This document shows positions 47,107-55,431 of a stretch of DNA of 64,000 nucleotides, one piece after another; the first letter of the stretch is position 1, and each line of letters begins with the position of its first letter. A program made the position numbers and the translations under genes. The notes below the pieces were generated by a model. That model searched no databases, was not told where the DNA came from, and was given only the letters and a program-made list of their open reading frames with translations. The DNA comes from a virus. Lineage: Duplodnaviria > Caudoviricetes. Where the stretch lies: positions 21,079 to 85,078 of the IMG/VR virus record IMGVR_UViG_3300021256_000008. One strand, 5' to 3'.

Positions 47107-47952
47107 TTACCTCTTCGTGTCTTTTGCCTGTCTGAGGCCTACGGGTTCCGTGTCATAAATAATTGCTTTCGTACCGCCGTCTCCTGTATCGATCCAGCCG
47201 ATCCGAGCTTTAAATCGGTTCTTGTCGCCCCATCCGACATGATACCCAGCACCGCATGATTCCATTCCGAGCATGCCGCGCCAGTCATTCCACCTTAGGA
47301 ACGTTGAGCGCTCTGCTTCAGCGATAGCATCCAACAAAACGCCGGGATTGATCTCGATAAACTGTCCCCAGTAAGTATCGTAATATCGTTCATAATTACT
47401 GTCGTCCGGATCTTCGCTACTTGAAAACTTTGATACCTCGGTTGTTACACTTCCGTTTTTGAGTTTCTCTCCGAGAACTTCGCGGTTAATATCATTGCGA
47501 ATCTTCTCAAATTTCTCTTCTCCGACTAGTTCCTTAACTTTCTCGGAACCTGACTTAATCTTGTCCTGGTTCATTGCGATAAGAGCGGACATTCCGGCGA
47601 TAGTTCTTCCGTTAAGATGATTCGAAAGAAAAGCAAGGCCTGCCGCGAGAACAGCGCTGGTAAGACTCCACCGATAAATATAAAGGAGCGTCAGACCGGA
47701 ATTAAGCTTCATTCTGCGCTCTTCTGCCTTACCCTCCTCGGCCGTGCAAATGCCTGCTGCGACATCCTGTTTCAGATCCTGAATATCATTATCCCTCTGC
47801 GTCTGAATGCGTCCTGCGGCTTTTGCGGCCTTATACGCGAAGAATACAGTGAGACCTGAGCAGAGCATTGAGCCCACCGTTGCAAATGTCGGCGCATTTT
47901 GATCTAAGAAACCGCCAATTCCTTTAAGCATTTTGTTTGTTTTCGTTTCCAT
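47107..47952 (-). CDS. DUF6353-like membrane-anchored protein
   Basis: NAPTFAT...TVFFAYKA; YYDTYWGQF; WNDWRGMLG...GW; start moved to 47952 (SD GGAGG). Confidence 0.6.
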   Translation of the reverse strand: METKTNKMLKGIGGFLDQNAPTFATVGSMLCSGLTVFFAYKAAKAAGRIQTQRDNDIQDLKQDVAAGICTAEEGKAEERRMKLNSGLTLLYIYRWSLTSAVLAAGLAFLSNHLNGRTIAGMSALIAMNQDKIKSGSEKVKELVGEEKFEKIRNDINREVLGEKLKNGSVTTEVSKFSSSEDPDDSNYERYYDTYWGQFIEINPGVLLDAIAEAERSTFLRWNDWRGMLGMESCGAGYHVGWGDKNRFKARIGWIDTGDGGTKAIIYDTEPVGLRQAKDTKR

Positions 47953-47954
47953 TA

Positions 47955-48398
47955 TCATACCTCCCAGTAACATTCCATTGGAAAACATCCTTGTTTTGGC
48001 TCTACGATTAACACTCTTTCTCCAAATTTGTCGTAGAGTTCTGTTTTTGGTCCAAGCCATGTGAATGAGAACTCAAGATCTACTTTCCAGTCTTCAGACG
48101 GAGAATATCCATACTTTGCTCCGAAGTCTGTTTCCTCGATCCCCCATAATTTGTAGAGATCATTATAATTGACCCAATCGCCATCTTCATCGGTATAGCG
48201 CTTTATGAATGTTTCGCAGCCGCTTCGTACCCACTTTTCACTTGCTCGAAATATCCGTCCGCTGTACCCGTCATAGATAAGATCGTTTCCGTGTCCGGTA
48301 TACTCGACAGATGGACGATTAATCATTGGGCCTCTTGGATCTCCGCAACGATACGGGACGTGTTTCGCCGGCGTTTTAATTCTCTTTTGTTCCGGCAT
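47955..48398 (-). CDS. Stand-alone C-terminal DUF6353-like domain protein
   Basis: YDGYSGRIF, YNDLYKLWG...GY; start uncertain (48398 or 48419). Confidence 0.55.
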   Translation of the reverse strand: MPEQKRIKTPAKHVPYRCGDPRGPMINRPSVEYTGHGNDLIYDGYSGRIFRASEKWVRSGCETFIKRYTDEDGDWVNYNDLYKLWGIEETDFGAKYGYSPSEDWKVDLEFSFTWLGPKTELYDKFGERVLIVEPKQGCFPMECYWEV

Positions 48399-48639
48399 CT
48401 TCGCACGCTCCGAACTCATACTCACCGGTCTCTTCGCCATTGAAGTTCGCATAACACTGTCTGCAGTCGTTCCATCCCTGGTTATACACGTCGCATTCCT
48501 GATTATGCTTTTTCCTTTCTCGCTCGGTGCTTCTGTCCGCCGCAAATACTCCTGCACAGAACCCAATAGCAAGAAGACCAAGAACCTTTACTGACGCGAT
48601 GACTCCACATACTTTTCCGACAACATACCATTTGCTCAT
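48376..48639 (-). CDS. Small membrane protein
   Basis: Hydrophobic N-terminal half; SD GAAAGGAG. Confidence 0.55.
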   Translation of the reverse strand: MSKWYVVGKVCGVIASVKVLGLLAIGFCAGVFAADRSTERERKKHNQECDVYNQGWNDCRQCYANFNGEETGEYEFGACEDAGTKEN

Positions 48640-48694
48640 TTTCTGATTCTCCTTTCGTGTCAAAAAATATTAGAGAGGTTGTCCATTCCTCTCT

Positions 48695-48719
48695 ATAATA
48701 GAATCTGTAATTTTTACGA
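48695..48719 (-). promoter_or_regulatory. Phage promoter motif, copy 4
   Basis: TCGTAA-AAATTACAGATTC-TATTAT. Confidence 0.65.
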
Positions 48720-48723
48720 GGCC

Positions 48724-49125
48724 TTACGATTCAGTTTTGTCATCCTCATCCTCGTCTTCATCGTTCATAAAATCCTGCTCGGCAATTTCATCGTCGTCAA
48801 GTTCCTCGTCTGAGGGAAGCAAGTTTTCTGGAATATTGCCTTCGAAAATATAATACTTATAGATAAGTCTCAGCCGCTCATAGGAGTCGACTACTTCTGC
48901 TACCAACTGAAGAATATCATCGAGATGTAACTCGGAAGAATCCGGCGAAAGCACGTCATCAATCATTGCGTTTTTGGTCCTGATGAGGCTTGCCTTGATT
49001 TCCCTGTAAAGCCGGATATTGCTTACGCCGAGATCATTGTGAATACAGTCGTAGCGATTGGATTTCTTTACGGTTTTAGGTTCTGGATTTTCGGTGCTCA
49101 TATAAATTTCATCTGCAATGCTCAT
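48724..49125 (-). CDS. Hypothetical protein with an acidic tail, 133 aa
   Basis: SD AAAGGAG; D/E-rich C-terminus. Confidence 0.65.
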   Translation of the reverse strand: MSIADEIYMSTENPEPKTVKKSNRYDCIHNDLGVSNIRLYREIKASLIRTKNAMIDDVLSPDSSELHLDDILQLVAEVVDSYERLRLIYKYYIFEGNIPENLLPSDEELDDDEIAEQDFMNDEDEDEDDKTES

Positions 49126-49158
49126 ACTGGTTCTCCTTTACATATAAGTTATTTTGGC

Positions 49159-49193
49159 AAAAGGGAAGAGCGCCTGTAAATCCAAGCGCTCTT
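49159..49193 (-). terminator. Terminator hairpin containing TTACAG
   Basis: AAGAGCGC-ttggatTTACAG-GCGCTCTT then cccTTTT. Confidence 0.65.
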
Positions 49194-49199
49194 AAAGAA

Positions 49200-49721
49200 T
49201 TATTCATCGGGCGGATACATTCCGCAGTTGTCCACAAGATGTGAAATGATTGGTTTTCCGTCATACCAGGGTTCGTCAGCATATTGCTTCGAGTCCTCGA
49301 TAATGAACATTTCTCCAGATTTCATATCAAGTGTATCTGCAAATGATACAACCTTGTCCCAATTATCTTTGTAGTTCTCTTCCCAAAGTTTCTTGAAAGC
49401 ATCCTTTTCGCTTTCATCGTTTTCGTTCTTTGCAGGAATATAATCAATTGTGTCTTCGTTTCCGTCTTCGCTAAGACCTTTCTGGACCATACCCGCATAG
49501 TTGTTTTCATCCTGAGTAGACGAAACAGCAGTGGTATCGGACTTTTCGCCCATGTAACGAATAAGAACTCCAAGACCTGTTCCGACCACAACAAGTCCAA
49601 CGACAGCGCGTGGATGCTGTGATACGAAAACTGAGACTTTGTTCTTAACCTTTACGGCAGTTTCCTTTGTCTTTGCTTTCGTCTCTTCATACTTCATTTT
49701 GATGCGTTCCATTCTAGTCAT
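49200..49721 (-). CDS. Single-TM acidic protein (paralog of 49828-50250)
   Basis: FVSQHPR + TM; NW..V..F...LD; start moved to 49721. Confidence 0.65.
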   Translation of the reverse strand: MTRMERIKMKYEETKAKTKETAVKVKNKVSVFVSQHPRAVVGLVVVGTGLGVLIRYMGEKSDTTAVSSTQDENNYAGMVQKGLSEDGNEDTIDYIPAKNENDESEKDAFKKLWEENYKDNWDKVVSFADTLDMKSGEMFIIEDSKQYADEPWYDGKPIISHLVDNCGMYPPDE

Positions 49722-49760
49722 AACATTACCCCTTTCCAAATATAAGTAATTTATTCCTGC

Positions 49761-49785
49761 ATCATAGAAGCTGTCGTTTTTGCGA
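49761..49785 (-). promoter_or_regulatory. Phage promoter motif, copy 5
   Basis: TCGCAA-AAACGACAGCTTC-TATGAT. Confidence 0.7.
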
Positions 49786-49813
49786 AAAGAAGAGGAACCT
49801 GTAAGATTCCTCT
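49785..49813 (-). terminator. Terminator abutting promoter copy 5
   Basis: AGAGGAATC-TTACA-GGTTCCTCT-tcTTTT. Confidence 0.75.
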
Positions 49814-49827
49814 GTTTTTAGTGTTTC

Positions 49828-50250
49828 TTAGACTTCAACGTCATAGGTCTTGGCCGGCTCCTCGACGAACGTGACCGTATCATCGTTATCATTGGATTCG
49901 ATCATCGGTTTGTACGTATGTGTTACGCTCCTGTCACCGCTGCCGTTTCCGTTGATCTCGATGTTAAACGATTCGTTCGGCGCCAGATCAAGTCCCTGAA
50001 CAAAGTCCCAGACCTGTTCAAAGTTACTTTTGTCCTCTTCTTTTTTCTCACTGTTTCCGGATGACTTCTCCTCACTCGGCGGAAGACAAATTCCGAGAAC
50101 GACCGGGAGCCCAACAAAGAACGCGACAAGAGTCGTGGTCGTAAGCCGCGGATGCTCGTCAACGAACTTGTTAAAGTTAGCTCCGAAGTTTTTAAGTCCT
50201 TCTTCAGCTTTATCTGCTTTGTCCTTCAGCCAGGTTTTTACTTTACCCAT
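49828..50250 (-). CDS. Single-TM acidic protein, 140 aa
   Basis: FVDEHPR + TM; NF..V..F...LD; SD AGGAGG. Confidence 0.65.
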   Translation of the reverse strand: MGKVKTWLKDKADKAEEGLKNFGANFNKFVDEHPRLTTTTLVAFFVGLPVVLGICLPPSEEKSSGNSEKKEEDKSNFEQVWDFVQGLDLAPNESFNIEINGNGSGDRSVTHTYKPMIESNDNDDTVTFVEEPAKTYDVEV

Positions 50251-50288
50251 TTTTAATTCCTCCTGAAAATAGTGTAGGCTTCTGCCTC

Positions 50289-50313
50289 ATTTTAGGGTCT
50301 GTCAATTTTGCGA
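50289..50313 (-). promoter_or_regulatory. Phage promoter motif, copy 6
   Basis: TCGCAA-AATTGACAGACCC-TAAAAT. Confidence 0.7.
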
Positions 50314-50347
50314 AAAAAGAGGAGAGCGCTTAAAATTCTACGCTCTC
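50313..50347 (-). terminator. Terminator abutting promoter copy 6
   Basis: GAGAGCG...CGCTCTC-ctcTTTTTT. Confidence 0.7.
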
Positions 50348-50601
50348 ACAAAGAACTCTTCTTTCAGGTCTTCCCATGCCTCCGTCCAGGTGCAGGCCTC
50401 GAAGAGTTTCTTCCCTGTTTTCTTATTGTAGGATTCAAAGTGATCCCCTCTTTTGCGGACATCGAAATCTTCGAAATTGTACTGATGATGGTCATTTAGT
50501 TTCATATGAATAGCCTCCAGTGTCGTTTCTCTTTTGCGACGGACCTTCTTCGCCATTTCACTTGAAAAATTCCGAAATTCATCAAAACTCATCGATTTCA
50601 T
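50338..50601 (-). CDS. Hypothetical protein, ~85 aa
   Basis: Cassette gene with SD GAAAGGAG. Confidence 0.6.
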   Translation of the reverse strand: MKSMSFDEFRNFSSEMAKKVRRKRETTLEAIHMKLNDHHQYNFEDFDVRKRGDHFESYNKKTGKKLFEACTWTEAWEDLKEEFFVRA

Positions 50602-50610
50602 CTCCTTTCT

Positions 50611-50635
50611 ATTAAACGAGATGTAAAAGTTTCGA
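50611..50635 (-). promoter_or_regulatory. Phage promoter motif, copy 7
   Basis: TCGAAA-CTTTTACATCTCG-TTTAAT. Confidence 0.6.
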
Positions 50636-50637
50636 AA

Positions 50638-50895
50638 TTAAGTTTTCTGCTGAGTATGTCTATTCAAGTTGTCATTTCCTTTGGGCGACATGGCAGAATC
50701 TCTGATCTCTTGTGCCTTAGCGTCCGGATATTCAAATATCACGAGAGCCTTTTCCATCATTCCGACAACAACATACGAAACGGTCTTGATGCGGTGCTTC
50801 GGATGCTCCTCCAAATATCTATTAATTTGGACATCGATCATGGTTCCTCCGCTTCTGGCAGTGTTCATCATAAATATTTTTGCCGTTTGAGCCAT
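50638..50895 (-). CDS. Hypothetical protein, 85 aa
   Basis: SD AAGGAGG; small alpha/beta pattern. Confidence 0.6.
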   Translation of the reverse strand: MAQTAKIFMMNTARSGGTMIDVQINRYLEEHPKHRIKTVSYVVVGMMEKALVIFEYPDAKAQEIRDSAMSPKGNDNLNRHTQQKT

Positions 50896-50926
50896 TTGTT
50901 ATTCCTCCTTTTTAAGTAAATCGTTT

Positions 50927-50957
50927 AAAAAAAAAGAAGCCGCTGTTAAACGACTTC
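50927..50957 (-). terminator. Terminator hairpin containing TAACAG
   Basis: GAAGTCGTT-TAAC-AGCGGCTTC followed by a long T-run. Confidence 0.75.
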
Positions 50958-51269
50958 AAATTTTAAATTTGTTTTATCGTAGTTGATCATTTTGACCGGT
51001 GTATCTGTCCAAACCATTTCATCAATACTGATTGTCAACGGTTCGTATTCTTTATCATCGCTGCACCATTTAAGACACGATGAAATATCTTCATTTACTA
51101 TTACCGGATATGGAAGAACCTTTTTTATTTCTTCAATATACTCGGATAGATAAAGTTGATTTTTCTCGTGAAACTTCTTATTTAGTGTTTCAATGACTTC
51201 GTGAATACATTTACTGTCCGAATAAAATACGTACTTGGTAAACGGTTCGCAGAAAAGTTCTCTAGCCAT
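50946..51269 (-). CDS. Small DUF6353-C-like domain protein, 107 aa
   Basis: E.I..LN....E..L.LSEY; similar to 51338-51655. Confidence 0.55.
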   Translation of the reverse strand: MARELFCEPFTKYVFYSDSKCIHEVIETLNKKFHEKNQLYLSEYIEEIKKVLPYPVIVNEDISSCLKWCSDDKEYEPLTISIDEMVWTDTPVKMINYDKTNLKFEVV

Positions 51270-51287
51270 AATTATCGCCTCCTTTCT

Positions 51288-51312
51288 ATTAAGGAGACTG
51301 TAATAATTACGA
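51288..51312 (-). promoter_or_regulatory. Phage promoter motif, copy 8
   Basis: TCGTAA-TTATTACAGTCTC-CTTAAT. Confidence 0.7.
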
Positions 51313-51349
51313 GAAATAATAGAGGACCTGTAATTTCTTACAGATCCTC
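51313..51349 (-). terminator. Terminator abutting promoter copy 8
   Basis: GAGGATCTGTAA-GAAA-TTACAGGTCCTC-tattattt. Confidence 0.7.
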
Positions 51350-51655
51350 AAATCTATATCTTGGTTCATGAAAATTGAGTAAGATAATTGGCAATCCATG
51401 ATAACTTCCGATTGCGTCGAGCGATATTGGTTCATAGTCAGATTTTTCTTCATCATTCGGACAATCGAATTCTAGCCATAATTTACGATATATTGGAGGC
51501 GCCCCAATGTTAATCTTCGCATAAATATCATACAGATTGAGTTCGCCTCGATCACGTATCTCATGGTTTAATTTTTCGATCGTCTCAGTTATTTTTTCTC
51601 TTTCTGCAACAAACCATTCTGCTTGAACTTGATCATAATATATTTGTTCAGCCAT
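51338..51655 (-). CDS. Small DUF6353-C-like domain protein, 105 aa
   Basis: E.I..LN..I...GELNLYDIY; P.Y at the C-terminus. Confidence 0.55.
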   Translation of the reverse strand: MAEQIYYDQVQAEWFVAEREKITETIEKLNHEIRDRGELNLYDIYAKINIGAPPIYRKLWLEFDCPNDEEKSDYEPISLDAIGSYHGLPIILLNFHEPRYRFEDL

Positions 51656-51675
51656 TATTACTTCAACTCCTTTCC

Positions 51676-51700
51676 ATTAAAGGAGCTGTTATTTTTGCGA
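51676..51700 (-). promoter_or_regulatory. Phage promoter motif, copy 9
   Basis: TCGCAA-AAATAACAGCTCC-TTTAAT. Confidence 0.7.
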
Positions 51701-51727
51701 AAAAAGAAGAGGAACTGTTAGTTCCTC
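51701..51727 (-). terminator. Terminator abutting promoter copy 9
   Basis: GAGGAACT-AAC-AGTTCCTC-ttcTTTTT. Confidence 0.75.
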
Positions 51728-51939
51728 CGTGCTTGTTTAAGCTTTCTATTCTCATAACATCCGATGAATGTTCGCAACCCATCAAGTCTACTTTCAGCAG
51801 AACGAAGTAACCATGCATCATCATTGTCCTCGTTTGCTTCGTTCAACTGCTTAATGTATGCTTCGACTCCATCGATTTGAGTATCGAGCTTTTTAATGAG
51901 TTCAAGTCTCTCTTCTTTTGTCATTGAATATTCCTCCAT
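51718..51939 (-). CDS. Small helical-hairpin protein, 73 aa (paralog of 62813-63052)
   Basis: MTKEERLELIKKLD; SD GGAGG. Confidence 0.65.
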   Translation of the reverse strand: MEEYSMTKEERLELIKKLDTQIDGVEAYIKQLNEANEDNDDAWLLRSAESRLDGLRTFIGCYENRKLKQARRN

Positions 51940-51963
51940 TTATTTAATGTTAGATTTCTCTGC

Positions 51964-51988
51964 ATTATAGGAGCTGTAATTCTTGCGA
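51964..51988 (-). promoter_or_regulatory. Phage promoter motif, copy 10
   Basis: TCGCAA-GAATTACAGCTCC-TATAAT. Confidence 0.75.
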
Positions 51989-52217
51989 TTCTGGCACTGC
52001 ATATTGCACATTTCGCCATCGAGTTTACAGAATGGAATGTTTGCGTGCATATCTTGCTCCCATTCAACGCTTGGACAATTTCTTACAAACTATGCGTCCG
52101 CTTTTTCTTGCTCGAAAATATCATTGACATTGAATTCCTTACCTTGCGCTTGCGCTGAATATAATAGAAGTAACATAATCATCCAGGCTTCGTCATTTGA
52201 CATTAAGAATTCTCCAT

Positions 52218-52258
52218 AAAAAAAAGAAGAGCACTTAAAATTTAATCTAAGTGCTCTC
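52218..52258 (-). terminator. Intrinsic terminator
   Basis: AGAGCACTTA...TAAGTGCTCT-tcTTTTTTT. Confidence 0.75.
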
Positions 52259-52475
52259 TTATGATTTCGGGTGTTAAGTCTTCGAATCCTAATCGATCTA
52301 TTTCTTTGTACCGCAAAGAATTTTTCCAAAGGGCTTTAATAATAATCATTATTTGCTGTCCGTCAATCGTTTCCGTGACGAACAATGGTAATAAATGATT
52401 AATATTATAAATCTTTGAAATTAAATCTTCTGCAATAGTTTCATCGTCGATTAGTTTATACTTCGTTAAGCACAT
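52242..52475 (-). CDS. Hypothetical protein, 77 aa
   Basis: SD AAGGAGG; cassette gene. Confidence 0.55.
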   Translation of the reverse strand: MCLTKYKLIDDETIAEDLISKIYNINHLLPLFVTETIDGQQIMIIIKALWKNSLRYKEIDRLGFEDLTPEIIREHLD

Positions 52476-52491
52476 AACATCGCCTCCTTCT

Positions 52492-52516
52492 ATAAAAGGA
52501 GTTGCAAAACTTGCGA
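52492..52516 (-). promoter_or_regulatory. Phage promoter motif, copy 11
   Basis: TCGCAA-GTTTTGCAACTCC-TTTTAT (more divergent). Confidence 0.55.
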
Positions 52517-52544
52517 AAAGTTAGAGGACCTGTAATGATCCTCT
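52516..52544 (-). terminator. Terminator abutting promoter copy 11
   Basis: AGAGGATC-ATTACA-GGTCCTCT-aacTTTT. Confidence 0.65.
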
Positions 52545-52860
52545 AAACGTAATCCCACGGTTGTGCATCTAGCATCTTAACCATTTGATCATATGTCATA
52601 TCAGTTTGTATATATTTGCACAGATAACGATTTGGCTTATAATCGACCGGCTTTACAATTACGTAAATGGATTCGCCTTTACTACGATAAACACTAACAT
52701 TATCAAATAATTGTAATCCTTCGTGCTTATTCAAAGTTAATAGCCAATCTTTTTTGAATCTAAAAGATCCGCATCTATTAATATACTCGATCGCCCATGC
52801 AATTTTACCGCTCTCTGTAGTCATTTGTTTCTGATTAATTTTGTCTCGATAAGAAGCCAT
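52543..52860 (-). CDS. Hypothetical protein, 105 aa
   Basis: SD GAAAGGGGAG; cassette gene. Confidence 0.6.
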   Translation of the reverse strand: MASYRDKINQKQMTTESGKIAWAIEYINRCGSFRFKKDWLLTLNKHEGLQLFDNVSVYRSKGESIYVIVKPVDYKPNRYLCKYIQTDMTYDQMVKMLDAQPWDYV

Positions 52861-52877
52861 ATTACACTCCCCTTTCT

Positions 52878-52902
52878 ATTAAGGAGGCTGTAAATATTAC
52901 GA
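52878..52902 (-). promoter_or_regulatory. Phage promoter motif, copy 12
   Basis: TCGTAA-TATTTACAGCCTC-CTTAAT. Confidence 0.7.
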
Positions 52903-52916
52903 TTCTTCCTTTTCAT

Positions 52917-53480
52917 CTAATCATGAAGATCTACAATACAAGCATAGTAATCTTGATTATTTTTAATTGCGCTTTTGATAAGTTCATCAAAATTTTCATT
53001 CTTTGTAAGATGCTCGCCATCCCAATGTTCCCGCGCGTATCCGTTACCGTCTATATCAACAAAACAATAACAATTAATCAGATCTTCGACATTAATAATA
53101 TCTGAAATCTTTGCGCCATCAACATAAAGAAATCCATCTCTAAAACCAAGAGATGGAAAAAAGATTTCTTCTATACCGGTAAAACTATAAAATCCAAGTT
53201 TAACGTCGTTTGCTGTTAATTCTTCAAGAAGATATGAACGAAATAACCGTCCAGCTCTAGGATTAGCGATATAGTAATTCCATTCATATTTATCTGAATT
53301 CTTTTTGGTGGACAGTTTAAGCAATCCGTTAAATCTTCCACCGAGTCCATACCAGTCCCATGAAAATGCAGGATATTTGCATGGTCTTGTTTCATTTTCT
53401 TCGCAAAATGGACTTAACGTCTTACTTATAACATCATCGGATGGAAATTCTTTTGAAAAAATAACACAACAATAATGCAT
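52917..53480 (-). CDS. Conserved hypothetical protein, 187 aa
   Basis: MHY, WDWYGLGGRFNG, VDLHD end. Confidence 0.65.
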   Translation of the reverse strand: MHYCCVIFSKEFPSDDVISKTLSPFCEENETRPCKYPAFSWDWYGLGGRFNGLLKLSTKKNSDKYEWNYYIANPRAGRLFRSYLLEELTANDVKLGFYSFTGIEEIFFPSLGFRDGFLYVDGAKISDIINVEDLINCYCFVDIDGNGYAREHWDGEHLTKNENFDELIKSAIKNNQDYYACIVDLHD

Positions 53481-54631
53481 TAATTATTCTCCTTCAAATA
53501 CTTCTGAAATCTGTTTTCATCTCCAACCGTAATATCATTCTCGAGATCAAGCCCAAATTCCTCAGCTTTCTCAAGGATCGCTTCCGCCAGTTCCTTTTCA
53601 TACTTCGGATCGACATAGTTAAAGAATCTGATGGCGGATTTCACGTGTTTCTTGTCGGGCATTGGGAATTTCTTGAGCTCTGGAACTCCATAGAGATCTT
53701 CGTCGTCATCTTCATCCGAGTGCTTAATATTATTTTCTCTATCTTCGATTAAATATTTCCAAAATCCTTGCTTATCTTTTGAGTACTCCACAGTAACCTC
53801 AAATCCGTTTTCTGTTTCGTTCACACCTATAACGTTTCCGATAGGTTCTGAATCTGCATGCCGAAGTCCATAAAATTCTACATCATTACCATAATCCGTG
53901 ACTGCAGCATTGTCGGTGGCTTCGCGATAACTATCTTCATCTTTTGGATTGTATTCAAGTTTACCGAAGATCGGCCGAACATCGTCTGGTGTCGGTACGG
54001 GCGGTTTCCCTGATTCCCAGAAGAGATCGTGATAATTTTGAGTGTTGCTATCCTGTTCCGCCCAAAAATGCTTATACTGCTTTTCAATCTCCGAAATATC
54101 ATGCCCGGCGACAGTTTCCTGCATGATGAGTACTTTCCAGATCCGATCTAAAATATACTCGACGATCTCACGGCTCTTCGGATTAATAATCTGCTTACTC
54201 CTGTGGTCGGCATACCAGCTAAATATCTCAAAGAGATTTCCAGACTTCCAACTGAATGACCACCAGTCAGCAATCATTTCAAATATCACATGCACTGGAA
54301 TCTCAAGTGCTTTATACGGCATTCCGCTCTCAGGATCATCTTCAAGAAGCACCCAGTACTGCCAATGGTGCGGATTATTGTGAATGTGATGCAGCCAGGC
54401 ATAGTTAAATTCCTGAACCACTTTATAACTGCGATTCCCGCCGTAAAAATACTTGTCATAGGCATCGTATTCTTCGACGGAGTATTTGCTATCATCGTGA
54501 TCAAAATTGGCCAAAGCTACTTCGAGCTCAGGCTTTTCTTCTTCAAAGCCAAGATTATCCAGCATCCAGTGAAGACCTTTATTTACATTTCCGATATGTT
54601 CGGCCAGATACTGATCGTATGTGTAACTCAT
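53480..54631 (-). CDS. HD-like phosphohydrolase (DUF5662-like) fused to additional C-terminal domains, 383 aa
   Basis: H..NV, HDDSK...EY..Y, AWLHH...NPHHWQYW, EMIADW; C-terminal YG.PE.KKFPM....HV.SAIRFF module. Confidence 0.65.
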   Translation of the reverse strand: MSYTYDQYLAEHIGNVNKGLHWMLDNLGFEEEKPELEVALANFDHDDSKYSVEEYDAYDKYFYGGNRSYKVVQEFNYAWLHHIHNNPHHWQYWVLLEDDPESGMPYKALEIPVHVIFEMIADWWSFSWKSGNLFEIFSWYADHRSKQIINPKSREIVEYILDRIWKVLIMQETVAGHDISEIEKQYKHFWAEQDSNTQNYHDLFWESGKPPVPTPDDVRPIFGKLEYNPKDEDSYREATDNAAVTDYGNDVEFYGLRHADSEPIGNVIGVNETENGFEVTVEYSKDKQGFWKYLIEDRENNIKHSDEDDDEDLYGVPELKKFPMPDKKHVKSAIRFFNYVDPKYEKELAEAILEKAEEFGLDLENDITVGDENRFQKYLKENN

Positions 54632-55272
54632 TTGTTTTCTCCTTCGTCCATATAATATTTTTCCAGCATTTTTGCCCGTTTATCCTGTGCAATCTTCAGA
54701 GCATGCTCTTCATCTTTGGCCGCGCCATACCAGTGGAATGTAAGAAATTCATCGCCAAATATTTCTGGTTTTGTTACAAGTTTGCCGCCGAGGCACGACT
54801 CTATATAGTGCGGCGCGTCTTCAATCAATTTTTCAGTTTTTTCGTGCATCCACGTTTTGTGTTTGCAGAAACATTTCCCGCGCCTATCGATGCTGACATA
54901 ATAAACCGGAATAAGGTCATCAAGATCCTCATGTGGCTCATTGATTTTGTATGTTTCAATTTCAACAAAATCATTATCACAATAATAACCCTTTGAATAA
55001 TACTTTTTAAGTTTTTCGGCTCTTTCTTTTGAGACGGTTACGGCATTAATACCATAATCTGAATATTCTCCGGATGTAATGACATAAACTTCTTCAAATT
55101 TCTTAGATGCCGGGCACCAGTCAGGCTTCGTGCAGTTCTTCGCATATTCGATAACACTTTTGGTTGTTTTTAAGGTTCCATCTGTAGTACTAAAATAACA
55201 GAAACCTCGCTCATAATCACAAAACATACAATCGTCACAATTCTTAGGCTCTGGAATATCAAGTAGAAACAT
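54628..55272 (-). CDS. Hypothetical protein with an N-terminal Cys cluster
   Basis: P.NC.DC.FC...C..WCP; VYVITSGEYSDY; start moved to 55272 (SD GAGGAGG). Confidence 0.6.
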   Translation of the reverse strand: MFLLDIPEPKNCDDCMFCDYERGFCYFSTTDGTLKTTKSVIEYAKNCTKPDWCPASKKFEEVYVITSGEYSDYGINAVTVSKERAEKLKKYYSKGYYCDNDFVEIETYKINEPHEDLDDLIPVYYVSIDRRGKCFCKHKTWMHEKTEKLIEDAPHYIESCLGGKLVTKPEIFGDEFLTFHWYGAAKDEEHALKIAQDKRAKMLEKYYMDEGENK

Positions 55273-55431
55273 CTGATTCCTCCTCAATAATAAATGCAAC
55301 GCTTTCAAGCGGTCCGAAAGCATCCCGAACTTCCCGACAATATCCATCTGGGCAGCGAGAACCTGGATGACAGAAATGTTCACAGTAAGCTTTCATCGCC
55401 TGGTCTTTTGTTATGTATTCTTCGGAAATAT

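Noticed and set aside
51940-52203. Open frame continuing about 48 codons past the TAG at 52090, suggesting stop-codon reassignment
   Set aside because: Long genes (TMP, replicase, RNAP, capsid) are intact under the standard code, and TAG ends several genes cleanly (18020, 31835, 52917). There is no sign of genome-wide recoding and no suppressor tRNA was seen.
45300-53000. Regularly recurring repeats that might be a CRISPR array or integron attC sites
   Set aside because: The units are separated by whole genes of variable length, repeats are degenerate, and there is no cas or integron integrase gene in the window. A promoter/terminator reading fits better.
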